64,000 nt of DNA from Gemmiger formicilis (GTDB taxonomy: Bacteria; Bacillota_I; Bacilli_A; RFN20; CAG-826): contig CAVDWX010000010.1 of NCBI GenBank assembly GCA_963612735.1, positions 10,387-74,386 of the forward strand, written 5' to 3'. Position numbers and translations under genes: made by a program. Shown in pieces: positions 30,751 to 40,637 of the stretch. Within the stretch, counting starts at the first letter, position 1, and the number at the start of each line of letters is the position of its first letter. The notes below the pieces were generated by a model. The model was not told where the DNA came from. It made no database searches and was given only the letters and a program-made list of their open reading frames with translations.

Positions 30751-31378
30751 GATGAGCCATCTTAACAACGTTGACGAACATTTAGACGCTCAGATTCAAG
30801 AAGCTGCTTACCATCTTCTTAATCATGGTGTTGTTGCATTTCCTACCGAGACTGTCATGGGAGTTGGAGTCGTCTATGATGACGAATTCGCCTATAACCG
30901 CCTCAACAATGTCAAACATCGACCAGAAGATAAACCATATTCCTTAATGGTTCAATCTCCTGACCAAATTGGCTTTTTCGCGGTATTAACACCAGAAAGT
31001 AAAAAAGTTATTAACGCTTTCCTTCCTGGACCATTAACTTTGTTATTGCCTGTTAAAAAGAATGTGCCAGTTTGGGTAACTCACGGGGGACCTGTGATTG
31101 GAATTCGTGTTTCTTCTTGTGAAACAACAGAATTACTTCTCAAATATACCGGCAAACCACTTTTGGCTCCAAGTGCAAACCGTTCAGGACAAAAACCCGC
31201 GATGAGTAGTGAAGAAGTTAAAAATATCTTTGGCGATGAACTCGACTATATTGTGAACGGAGTTGCTGAAGGAGGTCTACCTTCTACTATTCTAGATATG
31301 ACCACTCCTGAACTTAAAATAGTTCGTCAGGGACCAATCACCCTTGAAATGATTGAAAAAGTGTTAAAAGGAGAATAG
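30743..31378 (+). CDS. tsaC: L-threonylcarbamoyladenylate synthase (Sua5/YwlC/TsaC family).
   Basis: VVAFPTETVMGVGV...KHRPEDKPYSLMV YrdC-domain motifs; 211 aa short form. Confidence 0.85.
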   Translation: MLKMSHLNNVDEHLDAQIQEAAYHLLNHGVVAFPTETVMGVGVVYDDEFAYNRLNNVKHRPEDKPYSLMVQSPDQIGFFAVLTPESKKVINAFLPGPLTLLLPVKKNVPVWVTHGGPVIGIRVSSCETTELLLKYTGKPLLAPSANRSGQKPAMSSEEVKNIFGDELDYIVNGVAEGGLPSTILDMTTPELKIVRQGPITLEMIEKVLKGE

Positions 31379-31381
31379 GAA

Positions 31382-31828
31382 ATGTGCAAAATCGCGATTG
31401 GCAGTGATCATGGTGGATTCGATTATAAAACCGCTATTATTGAGCATTTAAAAGATGAAGGGTTCGAAGTTATCGACTGCGGAACATATTCAAAAGATTC
31501 CTGTCACTATCCCATATATGGAGAATTAGTGGCAAATAAAGTAGCTTCTAAAGAATGCCAATTTGGGATTTTAATTTGCACTAGTGGAGAAGGCATTTCT
31601 ATCACCGCGAATAAAGTTAAAGGGGTTAGATGTGGAATTGCCTATTGTGATGAAGTTACGGCTTTAATGCGTCAACATAATGATGCGAATGTAGTAGCGT
31701 TTGGTGAAAAATTCATGGAGCTAAAGGATGTTATTAGAAGAGTGGATATCTTCTTAAACACTGAATTTGAAGGAGGCCGACACGCAATTAGAGTCAATCT
31801 CATTAAAGAGATTGAAGCTAAAAACTAA
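31382..31828 (+). CDS. rpiB: Ribose-5-phosphate isomerase B
   Basis: MCKIAIGSDHGGFDYK...ILICTSGEGISITANK RpiB/LacAB fold; 148 aa. Confidence 0.9.
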   Translation: MCKIAIGSDHGGFDYKTAIIEHLKDEGFEVIDCGTYSKDSCHYPIYGELVANKVASKECQFGILICTSGEGISITANKVKGVRCGIAYCDEVTALMRQHNDANVVAFGEKFMELKDVIRRVDIFLNTEFEGGRHAIRVNLIKEIEAKN

Positions 31829-31837
31829 AGCCGTAAA

Positions 31838-31868
31838 GCTGGCAGGGCGCCAGTTTTTTTAAAAAAAA
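31838..31868 (+). terminator. Rho-independent terminator after rpiB (GC-rich hairpin followed by a T-run, then an A-run, so possibly bidirectional).
   Basis: CTGGCagggcGCCAG followed by TTTTTTT and AAAAAAAA. Confidence 0.7.
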
Positions 31869-31894
31869 TAACGATTTTCTTCCTATATATTAAT

Positions 31895-33043
31895 GTGGGA
31901 AGTATTTTTTATAAATGTCCAATCTGTGGGAATGAAGACCCTAAATATATCGGTTACATTAACGATAAACCGTACTGTCGAAAATGTATCTCTTTTAAAG
32001 GTGAAGGAGTTATTTATTATCAAGATCCTCCTAAAAAAGCACCTCTATTTATTAGTTATGAATTATCTAATGAACAAAAAGAGTTATCTAAAAAATTATT
32101 AGCAAATTATAAAAACGGAATTAATTCATTAGTGCACGCTGTCTGTGGAGCGGGTAAAACTGAAATCGTCTTACAAGTTATTCAATATGCATTAAAGTGT
32201 GGAGATAAAGTTGCATTTGCGGTTCCAAGAAGAGATGTCGTAATCGAATTATATGACCGGTTTGCTTCATTTTTTAAAAATAATAGCTGTGAAGCGATAT
32301 ATGGAGGTCATCATCAAATCTTAAAAGCGGATTTATTAATTTTGACCACTCACCAACTATATCGTTATAAAAATTATTTTGATTTATTAATCATCGATGA
32401 AATTGATGCTTTTCCATTTAACGGTAATGATATCTTAAATATCTTTTTCAAGAGATCGATTAAGGGCCATTACATCATGATGTCAGCGACCCCTTCTTTA
32501 AAAGTTATAAACGCATTTAAAAAAGAAGGATTTGATTTACTTGAATTAAATCATCGATTCCACGGTCACCCTCTTCCTGTACCAGAAGTGATTATAAAAC
32601 CTAGACCAATATTAAAATTGTATCTTATAAAATATCTCAAAAAATTTAAAAAGGAGAATAAACAAGTATTTATTTTTTGCCCTACAATCAACGAATCAAT
32701 AGAGATGTATCAATTTATTTCCATCTTCGTTAGGGGTGGGGATTATGTCAATTCCAAAAAAGAGGATAGAAATGAAACAATTTTGCGTTTTAAAAAAGGT
32801 GTTACACGTTATATCGTGACCACTGCAGTACTTGAAAGAGGAGTGACAATAAGGGATTTACAAGTAATTGTTTATCACGCTGATAGCAAGATATATGACT
32901 CGCATGCCTTAGTGCAAATATCGGGAAGAGTAGGTCGAAAAAAAGATGCTCCTACTGGAAAGGTAATATTTTTGTGTGAAGAAAATACTAAAGATATTGA
33001 AAAATGTATTGAAGAAATTAATTACGCCAACAAAGATTTGTAA
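31895..33043 (+). CDS. comFA: ComFA-like DEAD/DEAH-box helicase with an N-terminal zinc ribbon.
   Basis: CPICGN...CRKC zinc ribbon, motif I VCGAGKTE, motif II LIIDEIDAF, and helicase C motifs. Confidence 0.8.
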   Translation: MGSIFYKCPICGNEDPKYIGYINDKPYCRKCISFKGEGVIYYQDPPKKAPLFISYELSNEQKELSKKLLANYKNGINSLVHAVCGAGKTEIVLQVIQYALKCGDKVAFAVPRRDVVIELYDRFASFFKNNSCEAIYGGHHQILKADLLILTTHQLYRYKNYFDLLIIDEIDAFPFNGNDILNIFFKRSIKGHYIMMSATPSLKVINAFKKEGFDLLELNHRFHGHPLPVPEVIIKPRPILKLYLIKYLKKFKKENKQVFIFCPTINESIEMYQFISIFVRGGDYVNSKKEDRNETILRFKKGVTRYIVTTAVLERGVTIRDLQVIVYHADSKIYDSHALVQISGRVGRKKDAPTGKVIFLCEENTKDIEKCIEEINYANKDL

Positions 33044-33656
33044 ATTATGTTTTAAGGAGTATATAGATGTATCAACCTACTCATTAATTCATAATGATTC
33101 ATGTTGTTGCCCTAATTGCTATCATCAATTTAATCCTATTTTTACTATTTCTAAACTGAGCAATATCGAGGTGCTTTCTATCTATAATTACGATGATGTC
33201 ATGCATAATCTAATCTATCAACTTAAAGGTTGCTTTGATTATGAATTAGGACCAATATTTTTATCTAGATACGCTCACGAGTTAAAAATCAAATATAGGA
33301 ATTATTATATGGTTCCAGTCCCTTCCTATCATCTCGATGATGAAAGAAGAGGATTTAATCATGTTAAGGCGATATTTGCTCCTCTTAAGCTAAAAATGAT
33401 TGATTGCTTATATAAAGCCAAAGAATATAAACAATCAGATCATACCCGAAGTGGAAGAAAAGAAATTCATAAGGTATTAAAAATAAGAGATGATAACGAA
33501 ATAAAAGGAAAAAACATCCTTATCGTTGACGATATTTTTACAACTGGAAATACTTTAAGCGCGGCGATACATTTAATTGAACGATTTCATCCTAAACGAA
33601 TTAAAATCTTGGTTTTAGCTAAAGTCATTCCAAAATTTAGCGATGATACTAAATAA
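32976..33656 (+). CDS. comFC: ComFC-like phosphoribosyltransferase-domain protein; the start is uncertain.
   Basis: N-terminal Cys-rich region and PRTase motif LIVDDIFTTGNTLSAA; follows comFA. The track ORF overlaps the comFA 3' end by 68 nt. Confidence 0.78.
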   Translation: MKKILKILKNVLKKLITPTKICKLCFKEYIDVSTYSLIHNDSCCCPNCYHQFNPIFTISKLSNIEVLSIYNYDDVMHNLIYQLKGCFDYELGPIFLSRYAHELKIKYRNYYMVPVPSYHLDDERRGFNHVKAIFAPLKLKMIDCLYKAKEYKQSDHTRSGRKEIHKVLKIRDDNEIKGKNILIVDDIFTTGNTLSAAIHLIERFHPKRIKILVLAKVIPKFSDDTK

Positions 33657-33740
33657 TTTAGTATTAGACTATGAAATGGATGAATGATATATTTATTAAG
33701 CAAATGTCAATGACATTTTAGTATTAGAAAGGCACGATTA

Positions 33741-36158
33741 GTGTTGGTGAATTATATGGGATTTTTCGACAGAAGATTGCTCAAAAAATATGATAAAGAA
33801 GCAAATAAAGTTTTAGCTTTAGAGCCAGTTATGGAAAAGCTTACTAATGAAGAATTAGTGGCCAAGACTGCATATTTTAAAGACTTGTTAGCACACGATA
33901 AAACGCTTGATGATATTAAGATTGAAGCTTTTGCGGTTGCAAGAGAAGCCGCGAGAAGAACATTAGGCGAATTCCCTTATAAAGTTCAAGTTATTGGTTC
34001 ATTAGTACTTCACGCTGGTGATGTCGCTGAAATGAAAACCGGTGAAGGAAAAACCTTAACCGCGACAATGGCGGTTTATCTCAATGCTCTAGCGGGGACT
34101 GGCGTTCACGTCGTCACTGTTAACGAATATCTATCTCAACGTGATGCGGAATGGATGGGACAAATATATCGTTTTTTAGGCTTATCTGTTGGAGTTAACT
34201 TAAGAGCTAAAACCACTCGAGAAAAGAAAGAAGCGTATCTATGCGATATTACTTATACCACTAATTCGGAATTAGGTTTTGATTACCTAAGAGATAACAT
34301 GGCAGTGGATATGGAGAATAGAGTCTTAAGAGGATTAAATTTCTGTTTAGTTGATGAAGCTGACTCTATTTTAATCGATGAATCTAGAACGCCTTTAATT
34401 ATTTCTGGTGGTGCGAAAGCTTCACCTTCCCAATATACAGTTGCTGATCGTTTTGTTAAAACATTAAAAAAAGAAGTTGACTATGTCGTTGATGTCAAAG
34501 AAAAGACTGTTAATTTAACTGATAATGGTAACGCTAAAGCTGAAAGAATGTTTGGTATTAAAAACTTATACGATCCAGAATACGCTGATTTAGTCCATCG
34601 AATTCATAATGCTTTAAAAGCTAATTATATCATGCACCGTGATGTCGATTATCTCGTTGATGGAGAAGGGCAAGTTCAAATCATCGACCAATTCACTGGC
34701 CGTGTCTTACCTGGAAGAGAATGGTCTGATGGATTACATCAAGCTGTTCAAGCAAAAGAAAATGTTACCATCAAACAAGAAACGATTACGATGGCGACGA
34801 TTACTTATCAAAACTTCTTCCGTTTGTATAAGAAAATGGCGGGTATGACCGGTACTGCTAAAACTGAAGAGGAAGAATTTAGAAAGATTTATAACATGCG
34901 AGTGGTTTGTGTTCCTACCAATAAACCAGTCATTCGTATTGACGCATTAGATTATGTTTACGCTCATAAGGGACCAAAACTTGCTGCTTTAATTAAAGAA
35001 GTAAAAGAAAGACATGAGAAAGGTCAACCAATATTAATTGGTACTGTTTCAGTTGAATCAAGTGAAGAAATATCGGCTTTACTTACTGAAGCGGGGTTGC
35101 CTCATGAAATGTTAAACGCTAAAAATCACGCTCGTGAAGCTGAAATCATCTCTCACGCTGGTGAAAAAGGGGCAATAACACTTGCCACTAATATGGCGGG
35201 TCGTGGTACTGATATTAAGATTAATGATGAAGTTAGAGCTCTTGGTGGTTTATGCGTTTTTGGCACCGAAAGACATGAATCAAGACGTATTGATAATCAG
35301 TTAAGAGGACGTTCAGGCCGTCAAGGCGATCCTGGATTCTCACGTTTCTACGTTTCTTTTGATGATACATTACTTATTAGATTTGCTGCGGATGGTATTA
35401 GAAACTTCATCGAGAAAAATTGTGGTGAAGAAGCTCTTGAAGCAAAATTAGTTACTAACGTTATTACCAGTGCTCAAAAACGTATCGAAGGTCAAAACTT
35501 TGATATTCGTAAATCATTGCTTGAATATGATGATGTCTTAGCCAAACAAAGACAAATAGTTTACGATAAACGTGATCGAATTATTGAAGGTAAAAATATT
35601 TCCGATATTATCGATGAAATTTTTGAAACAACTGGCGAATTCTTATGTAAAAAAGCTATCCCAGTTGATTCTAGAGATAATTTAGTTTCAGGGAATTTAT
35701 TAGTTAAGCAATTAGAACCACGTTTCTTGGAACCTGGCACTATTGTTGCCAATTTATATAATGAATGTCCTGTTGAAGACTGCGCTACTGACGTGAGCGA
35801 TTTAATTTATGAAAGATATCTTAAAAATAGAGCGGAGTGGCCTGAAGAAGTGGCTAATCATGTTGAACGTTCTATTATTTTAAGAACAATTGATCAAAAC
35901 TGGACCAAACATATCGATGCGATGGCAAGACTCCGTGAAGGAATTCATCTAAGAAGTTATGCAAATGTTAATCCTTTACAAGATTATGTCAATGAAGGCT
36001 ATCGCATGTTTAGAGAGTGTTTAGAAATGGCTTCTGTGGACGCTGTTTTATCTCTTGTCAATGTAAAAGTCGAAATTAAACCTCAAGTTGAAGAAGAAAG
36101 CACTAATCATCTCGATTCACCTTCTAGTGATAATGCTGAAAATGGAGACAATAAATAA
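33741..36158 (+). CDS. secA: Preprotein translocase ATPase SecA
   Basis: GTG start aligns with the B. subtilis SecA N-terminus (MLGILNKMFD vs MLVNYMGFFD); AEMKTGEGKTLTATMAVYLNALAG, DEAD-like LVDEADSILIDE; 805 aa. Confidence 0.95.
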   Translation: MLVNYMGFFDRRLLKKYDKEANKVLALEPVMEKLTNEELVAKTAYFKDLLAHDKTLDDIKIEAFAVAREAARRTLGEFPYKVQVIGSLVLHAGDVAEMKTGEGKTLTATMAVYLNALAGTGVHVVTVNEYLSQRDAEWMGQIYRFLGLSVGVNLRAKTTREKKEAYLCDITYTTNSELGFDYLRDNMAVDMENRVLRGLNFCLVDEADSILIDESRTPLIISGGAKASPSQYTVADRFVKTLKKEVDYVVDVKEKTVNLTDNGNAKAERMFGIKNLYDPEYADLVHRIHNALKANYIMHRDVDYLVDGEGQVQIIDQFTGRVLPGREWSDGLHQAVQAKENVTIKQETITMATITYQNFFRLYKKMAGMTGTAKTEEEEFRKIYNMRVVCVPTNKPVIRIDALDYVYAHKGPKLAALIKEVKERHEKGQPILIGTVSVESSEEISALLTEAGLPHEMLNAKNHAREAEIISHAGEKGAITLATNMAGRGTDIKINDEVRALGGLCVFGTERHESRRIDNQLRGRSGRQGDPGFSRFYVSFDDTLLIRFAADGIRNFIEKNCGEEALEAKLVTNVITSAQKRIEGQNFDIRKSLLEYDDVLAKQRQIVYDKRDRIIEGKNISDIIDEIFETTGEFLCKKAIPVDSRDNLVSGNLLVKQLEPRFLEPGTIVANLYNECPVEDCATDVSDLIYERYLKNRAEWPEEVANHVERSIILRTIDQNWTKHIDAMARLREGIHLRSYANVNPLQDYVNEGYRMFRECLEMASVDAVLSLVNVKVEIKPQVEEESTNHLDSPSSDNAENGDNK

Positions 36159-37265
36159 TGAAAGACATAGTCCTATTGAAACAAGAACTATGTGCTGTTG
36201 GTGAGAGAATCCATCAACTCGGGTCTTCTCTTTGACCTTGCTAAACTTAATAAAGATATTGAAGATTTAAGTGTAAAGAGTGAAAAACCTGATTTTTGGA
36301 GTAATCAAACCGAAGCTTTAGAAATCATTGCAAAACTCAACTATTCGAAAGATATAGTTGAAAAATATAGCCGAATTAGCGGTGATTTTAATGATTTAGA
36401 GGAATTGTTAGATTTGAAAGATGAATCGATTCTAGATTCTATTTCAGACTCTTTAAATGAACTTAAAACATTAGTTAAAGAATTTGAATTACAGATTTTA
36501 TTTACGGGTGAATTTGATTCTCTTAACGCTATTATTGAAATCCATCCGGGTGCGGGTGGAACAGAAGCTCAAGACTGGGCGGATATGCTTTATCGCATGT
36601 ATGTCTTATATGCTGAAAATCATCGTTTCAAGATGTCTTTAATTTCTTTTGAAGCTGGTGAAGAAGCCGGAATTAAATCCGTTACTATTAAAATAAGTGG
36701 CAAAAATGCTTATGGTTTATTAAAAGGCGAAAAAGGAGTCCACCGATTAGTGCGTATTTCGCCTTTTGATTCCAATAAAAGAAGGCACACTTCATTTGCT
36801 TCAGTCAATGTCATTCCTGAATTTAAAAGCGATAGCATTAATATTGTTATAAATGACTCTGACTTAAAAATAGATACGTATCGAAGTGGTGGTGCTGGTG
36901 GACAAAACGTCAATAAAGTTGAAACAGCCGTTAGGATTACTCACTTACCTACTGGTATAGTTGTCTCCTGTCAAATTGAAAGAAGCCAATTGCTCAATAA
37001 AGAAACCGCAATGAGCATGTTAAAAGGTAAATTATTTTTATTAGAAGAAGAAAAAAGAAAAAATGCCTTGAACGCGATTGTCGGTGAAAAGAAAAATATC
37101 GAATGGGGTTCACAAATTAGATCTTATGTTTTTTGTCCCTATACACTGGTAAAAGATAATATTACTGGTTATGAAGAAACTGATGTTAATAGTGTTATGA
37201 ATGGTAACATTGATGGCTTTATATTTGCTTATTTAAAGAAAGGAGCTAAAGAAAATGTCAAATAA
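36158..37265 (+). CDS. prfB: Peptide chain release factor 2, translated with a programmed +1 ribosomal frameshift: codons 1-25 in frame 0 end at CTT (36230-36232), an in-frame TGA sits at 36233-36235, and translation continues in +1 from GAC 36234.
   Basis: ATG overlaps the secA stop (TAATG). [25 protein letters not shown] then TGA. Classic CTT TGA C shift site with an upstream GGG SD-like element; the downstream frame contains SPF and GGQ motifs ([18 protein letters not shown]; [13 protein letters not shown]). Confidence 0.9.
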
Positions 37266-38223
37266 GATTAAAAATGTTTATAACAATTTTCTTACAACTT
37301 TTAAAAGTAAAAGTAAAAAAGATCATTTGTTTTCATTATTAAGATTTCTTCTTATTATTATCGGTTCTTTCTCTTTAGCTTTTGGAACCGTTATTTTTTA
37401 TACGAAATTAGATATTGTCGCGGGTGGATTAAGCGGCATTGCTATTATCATTCAATATTTTTTCCCTGAGTATCATTTATTAGATATCGTCGTTTGGGGT
37501 TTAACCGCTATTTTTTGGCTTATTGGAAGAATCTTTTTATCTCGAGAATTTGCTTATAAAACTTTAGCGGCCTCAATTATCTATCCTTTATTTTTAACTC
37601 TTTTATACCGAATACCTGCTTTTAACGCGTTAGCCGATAAGGTCGCTAATGAAGGTGATACAGCCTCTTTAATTTTATGTTCCTTATTTGGTGGAGCTTT
37701 TACCGGATTAGGTGTCGCACTTTGTTTCTTAGGAGGAGGCTCTTCCGGAGGAGTGGATGTCTTTTCTTATATGGGGCAAAAATATCTTCATATTAAAGCT
37801 TCAATATGTAGCTTTATTATCGATGGCATCATTATTATTTTAGGTATGACCATTATTCCTGATAATTTTGTTAAAGGATTATGTGGAATGCTTTCGGCTT
37901 TCTTCTGTGCTTTGGTCATTGATTTAGTGTATAACAACATGTTGACATCTTATCAGGCTGATATTATCTCTAATCAACATGAACAAATATCTAGATTTGC
38001 ACAAGACGAATTAGGAAGAGGTGCGACGATTATAGCCGCGAAAGGCGGATATAAAGGTGATGAGCGACCTATCTTAAGAATTGTCATTCCAAAGATGCAA
38101 TATGAAAAACTTCGAGATTATGTTGCTTCTATTGATCCTCATGCCTTTATGACATTAACACGCACTAATGATGTGTTTGGCGAAGGCTTTACAAAAAACG
38201 ATTGTAAAAAAAGAAAAAAATAA
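37255..38223 (+). CDS. yitT: YitT-family membrane protein (DUF161 + DUF2179).
   Basis: Multi-TM N-terminus with an [12 protein letters not shown] motif; C-terminal DUF2179-like [26 protein letters not shown]. Confidence 0.8.
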   Translation: MSNKIKNVYNNFLTTFKSKSKKDHLFSLLRFLLIIIGSFSLAFGTVIFYTKLDIVAGGLSGIAIIIQYFFPEYHLLDIVVWGLTAIFWLIGRIFLSREFAYKTLAASIIYPLFLTLLYRIPAFNALADKVANEGDTASLILCSLFGGAFTGLGVALCFLGGGSSGGVDVFSYMGQKYLHIKASICSFIIDGIIIILGMTIIPDNFVKGLCGMLSAFFCALVIDLVYNNMLTSYQADIISNQHEQISRFAQDELGRGATIIAAKGGYKGDERPILRIVIPKMQYEKLRDYVASIDPHAFMTLTRTNDVFGEGFTKNDCKKRKK

Positions 38224-40205
38224 TGAACACTACGACTAAATTTGAGATAGTTTCATCTTTTAAACCCACAGGTGATCAACCTAGTGCGATAAAAAAACTT
38301 GTAGACGGACTTAATAATAATAAAAAATTACAAGTTTTATTAGGTGCGACTGGAACAGGTAAAACTTTTACTATGGCTAATATTATTGAACAGGCACAAA
38401 GACCGGCATTAATTTTAGTTCATAATAAAATTTTAGCGGGACAATTATATAGCGAATTTAAAGAATTATTCCCACACAATCGAGTTGAATATTTCGTCTC
38501 TAATTTTGATTTTTATCAGCCAGAAGCTTATATTCCTAGCAGTGATACCTATATTGATAAAAACGCTGTGATGAATGAAGAAATTGAGATGCTTAGAACT
38601 TCTGCAATTAATTCCATATTAGAAAGAAGGGATACGATAATTGTGGCTTCTGTTGCTTCAATATATGGTTTAACTGATCCGGATGAATATCGAAATTTAG
38701 TTTTTAATATACGTGTGGGAGAAGAAATAGATAGAACATCTTTTTTTAAGCGGCTTATTGACGCTCAATATAAAAGAAATAATCTTGATACTCCTCCTGG
38801 CAGTTTTCGAGTTAGAGGTGATATTATCGAAATTGTTCCAGTTAATTTAAATGATTCCGAACTCATTAGAATCGATACTTTTGGAGATGAAATTGAAAAA
38901 ATACAACTCGTTGATTATCTAAGTGGCGAAATTAAACATACATATCATACTTATCCAATATTCCCTGCTTATGATCATGCTTCTACTCATCAAAGAATGA
39001 TTGAAGCAACCGAAAGCATAAAAAAAGAATTAGATGAGCGCTTATCTTATTTTCAAAAAGAAGGAAAATTATTAGAAGCCGAAAGACTTTCGATGCGAAC
39101 TAATCAAGATTTGGAAAGTATGCTTGAATTTGGGATGTGCCCTGGAATTGAAAATTATTCTAGACATATCGATAAACGAAAACCAGGTGAAAGACCATTT
39201 TGTTTAATTGATTATTTTCCAGATGACTTTATTCTATTTGTTGATGAATCTCATGTCACCTTTCCACAAATTAGAGGAATGTATAATGGCGATAGAGCTA
39301 GGAAAACGACACTTGTTGAATATGGATTTAGACTCCCTTCAGCATTAGATAATCGCCCTTTGAATTTTGAAGAATTTGAAAAAATCATTGGACAGTGCAT
39401 TTGTACCAGTGCCACACCTGGCGATTATGAACTAACCCACACTGATAGTGAAGTAGTTGAACAAATTATTCGTCCTACTGGTTTAGTCGATCCACGTATT
39501 GAAGTTAGAAAAACTCTTGGACAAATTGATGATTTATTACACGAAATAAAAATTCGAAATGAGAAAAAAGAGCGGACAATGATAGTGACTTTGACCATTA
39601 AAATGGCGGAAGACCTCACGAATTATCTCATCGAACAAGGTATAAAAGTTGTTTATTTACATCATGAAACTAAGACCTTGGAAAGAAGCGAAATCATTTA
39701 TCAACTCCGCAAAGGGAAATATGACGTCTTAGTGGGTATTAACCTTCTTAGAGAAGGACTTGATATACCTGAAGTCTCTTTAATAGCCATATTAGATGCT
39801 GATAAGGAAGGCTTTTTACGAAGTGCCAGATCTTTAATTCAAATCAGTGGAAGAGTGGCGAGAAACGCAAACGGGCTAGTCATCATGTACGCTGATGAAA
39901 TGACGGATTCGATGGAAGAGTGCATTAACGAAACCAATCGTAGAAGAGCGGTTCAAGAAAAATATAATACTGAAAATGGAATCATTCCTCAAACCATAAT
40001 TAAGGAAATTAGACCACCAATTCATAATTCTGATGATGAGATATCAAATGTTATTTCATTGACCAATAAAGGTAGCAGGAACGAAATATTAGCAAAAATT
40101 AAGGACTTGGAAAAGCAGATGAAAAAAGCAGCAAAAGAATTTGATTTCGAACACGCTGCGGAACTTAGAGATATCATTTTAGAACTCAAATGCAATTTGT
40201 CTTAA
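38223..40205 (+). CDS. uvrB: Excinuclease ABC subunit B
   Basis: Walker [14 protein letters not shown], beta-hairpin region, helicase motifs, and C-terminal UVR domain ([15 protein letters not shown]). Confidence 0.95.
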   Translation: MNTTTKFEIVSSFKPTGDQPSAIKKLVDGLNNNKKLQVLLGATGTGKTFTMANIIEQAQRPALILVHNKILAGQLYSEFKELFPHNRVEYFVSNFDFYQPEAYIPSSDTYIDKNAVMNEEIEMLRTSAINSILERRDTIIVASVASIYGLTDPDEYRNLVFNIRVGEEIDRTSFFKRLIDAQYKRNNLDTPPGSFRVRGDIIEIVPVNLNDSELIRIDTFGDEIEKIQLVDYLSGEIKHTYHTYPIFPAYDHASTHQRMIEATESIKKELDERLSYFQKEGKLLEAERLSMRTNQDLESMLEFGMCPGIENYSRHIDKRKPGERPFCLIDYFPDDFILFVDESHVTFPQIRGMYNGDRARKTTLVEYGFRLPSALDNRPLNFEEFEKIIGQCICTSATPGDYELTHTDSEVVEQIIRPTGLVDPRIEVRKTLGQIDDLLHEIKIRNEKKERTMIVTLTIKMAEDLTNYLIEQGIKVVYLHHETKTLERSEIIYQLRKGKYDVLVGINLLREGLDIPEVSLIAILDADKEGFLRSARSLIQISGRVARNANGLVIMYADEMTDSMEECINETNRRRAVQEKYNTENGIIPQTIIKEIRPPIHNSDDEISNVISLTNKGSRNEILAKIKDLEKQMKKAAKEFDFEHAAELRDIILELKCNLS

Positions 40206-40277
40206 CAAATTATGTTTGCTTTCTTCGTTAGTTTTTTATACTATAGAAAAGCAATCTTCATAAAGGAGGAAATAAAT

Positions 40278-40511
40278 ATGCTTCAATGGTATGACTGGTT
40301 ATTACTTATCGTTGGTATAATTATTATCGTATTAACATTACTTCAAGGTGGCAAATCAGAAGGTGCATCTGGCGCTATTACTGGTGGCGGATTAAACGTT
40401 TTTGTTAAGACCAAAGAAAGAGGAGCGGAAAAAGTTGTTTCCATTCTCACATTAGTTTGCGCTATTGTTTTCTTCCTTATTGCTGTATTAATTAACGTAT
40501 TAGCAAAATAA
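40278..40511 (+). CDS. secG: Preprotein translocase subunit SecG
   Basis: 77-aa product MLQWYDWLLLIVGIIIIVLTLLQGGKSEGASGAITGG matches the SecG signature (LLQ..K..G.SGA..GG); RBS AAAGGAGGA. The track ORF starts at the earlier 40212. Confidence 0.8.
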   Translation: MLQWYDWLLLIVGIIIIVLTLLQGGKSEGASGAITGGGLNVFVKTKERGAEKVVSILTLVCAIVFFLIAVLINVLAK

Positions 40512-40536
40512 TTATTAATTCATAAATAAAATATAA

Positions 40537-40575
40537 AAGAGGTGACTACTTGATTAATTGTTACCTCTTTTTTTA
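40537..40575 (+). terminator. Rho-independent terminator ending the secA-prfB-yitT-uvrB-secG operon.
   Basis: AAGAGGUGA / UUACCUCUU 9-bp stem (one G-U pair), 15-nt loop, followed by TTTTTTTAT. Confidence 0.65.
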
Positions 40576-40637
40576 TGATAAAATCGATGATTTTTAAATA
40601 TAAGAAATATGGCTTTCCTCTTTATTTGGCCTTGTTA

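Noticed and set aside
33659-33730. 12-bp direct repeat TTTAGTATTAGA occurring twice, 60 bp apart, between comFC and secA.
   Set aside because: Short and AT-rich with only two copies and no associated structure. Probably chance or ordinary promoter DNA for secA.
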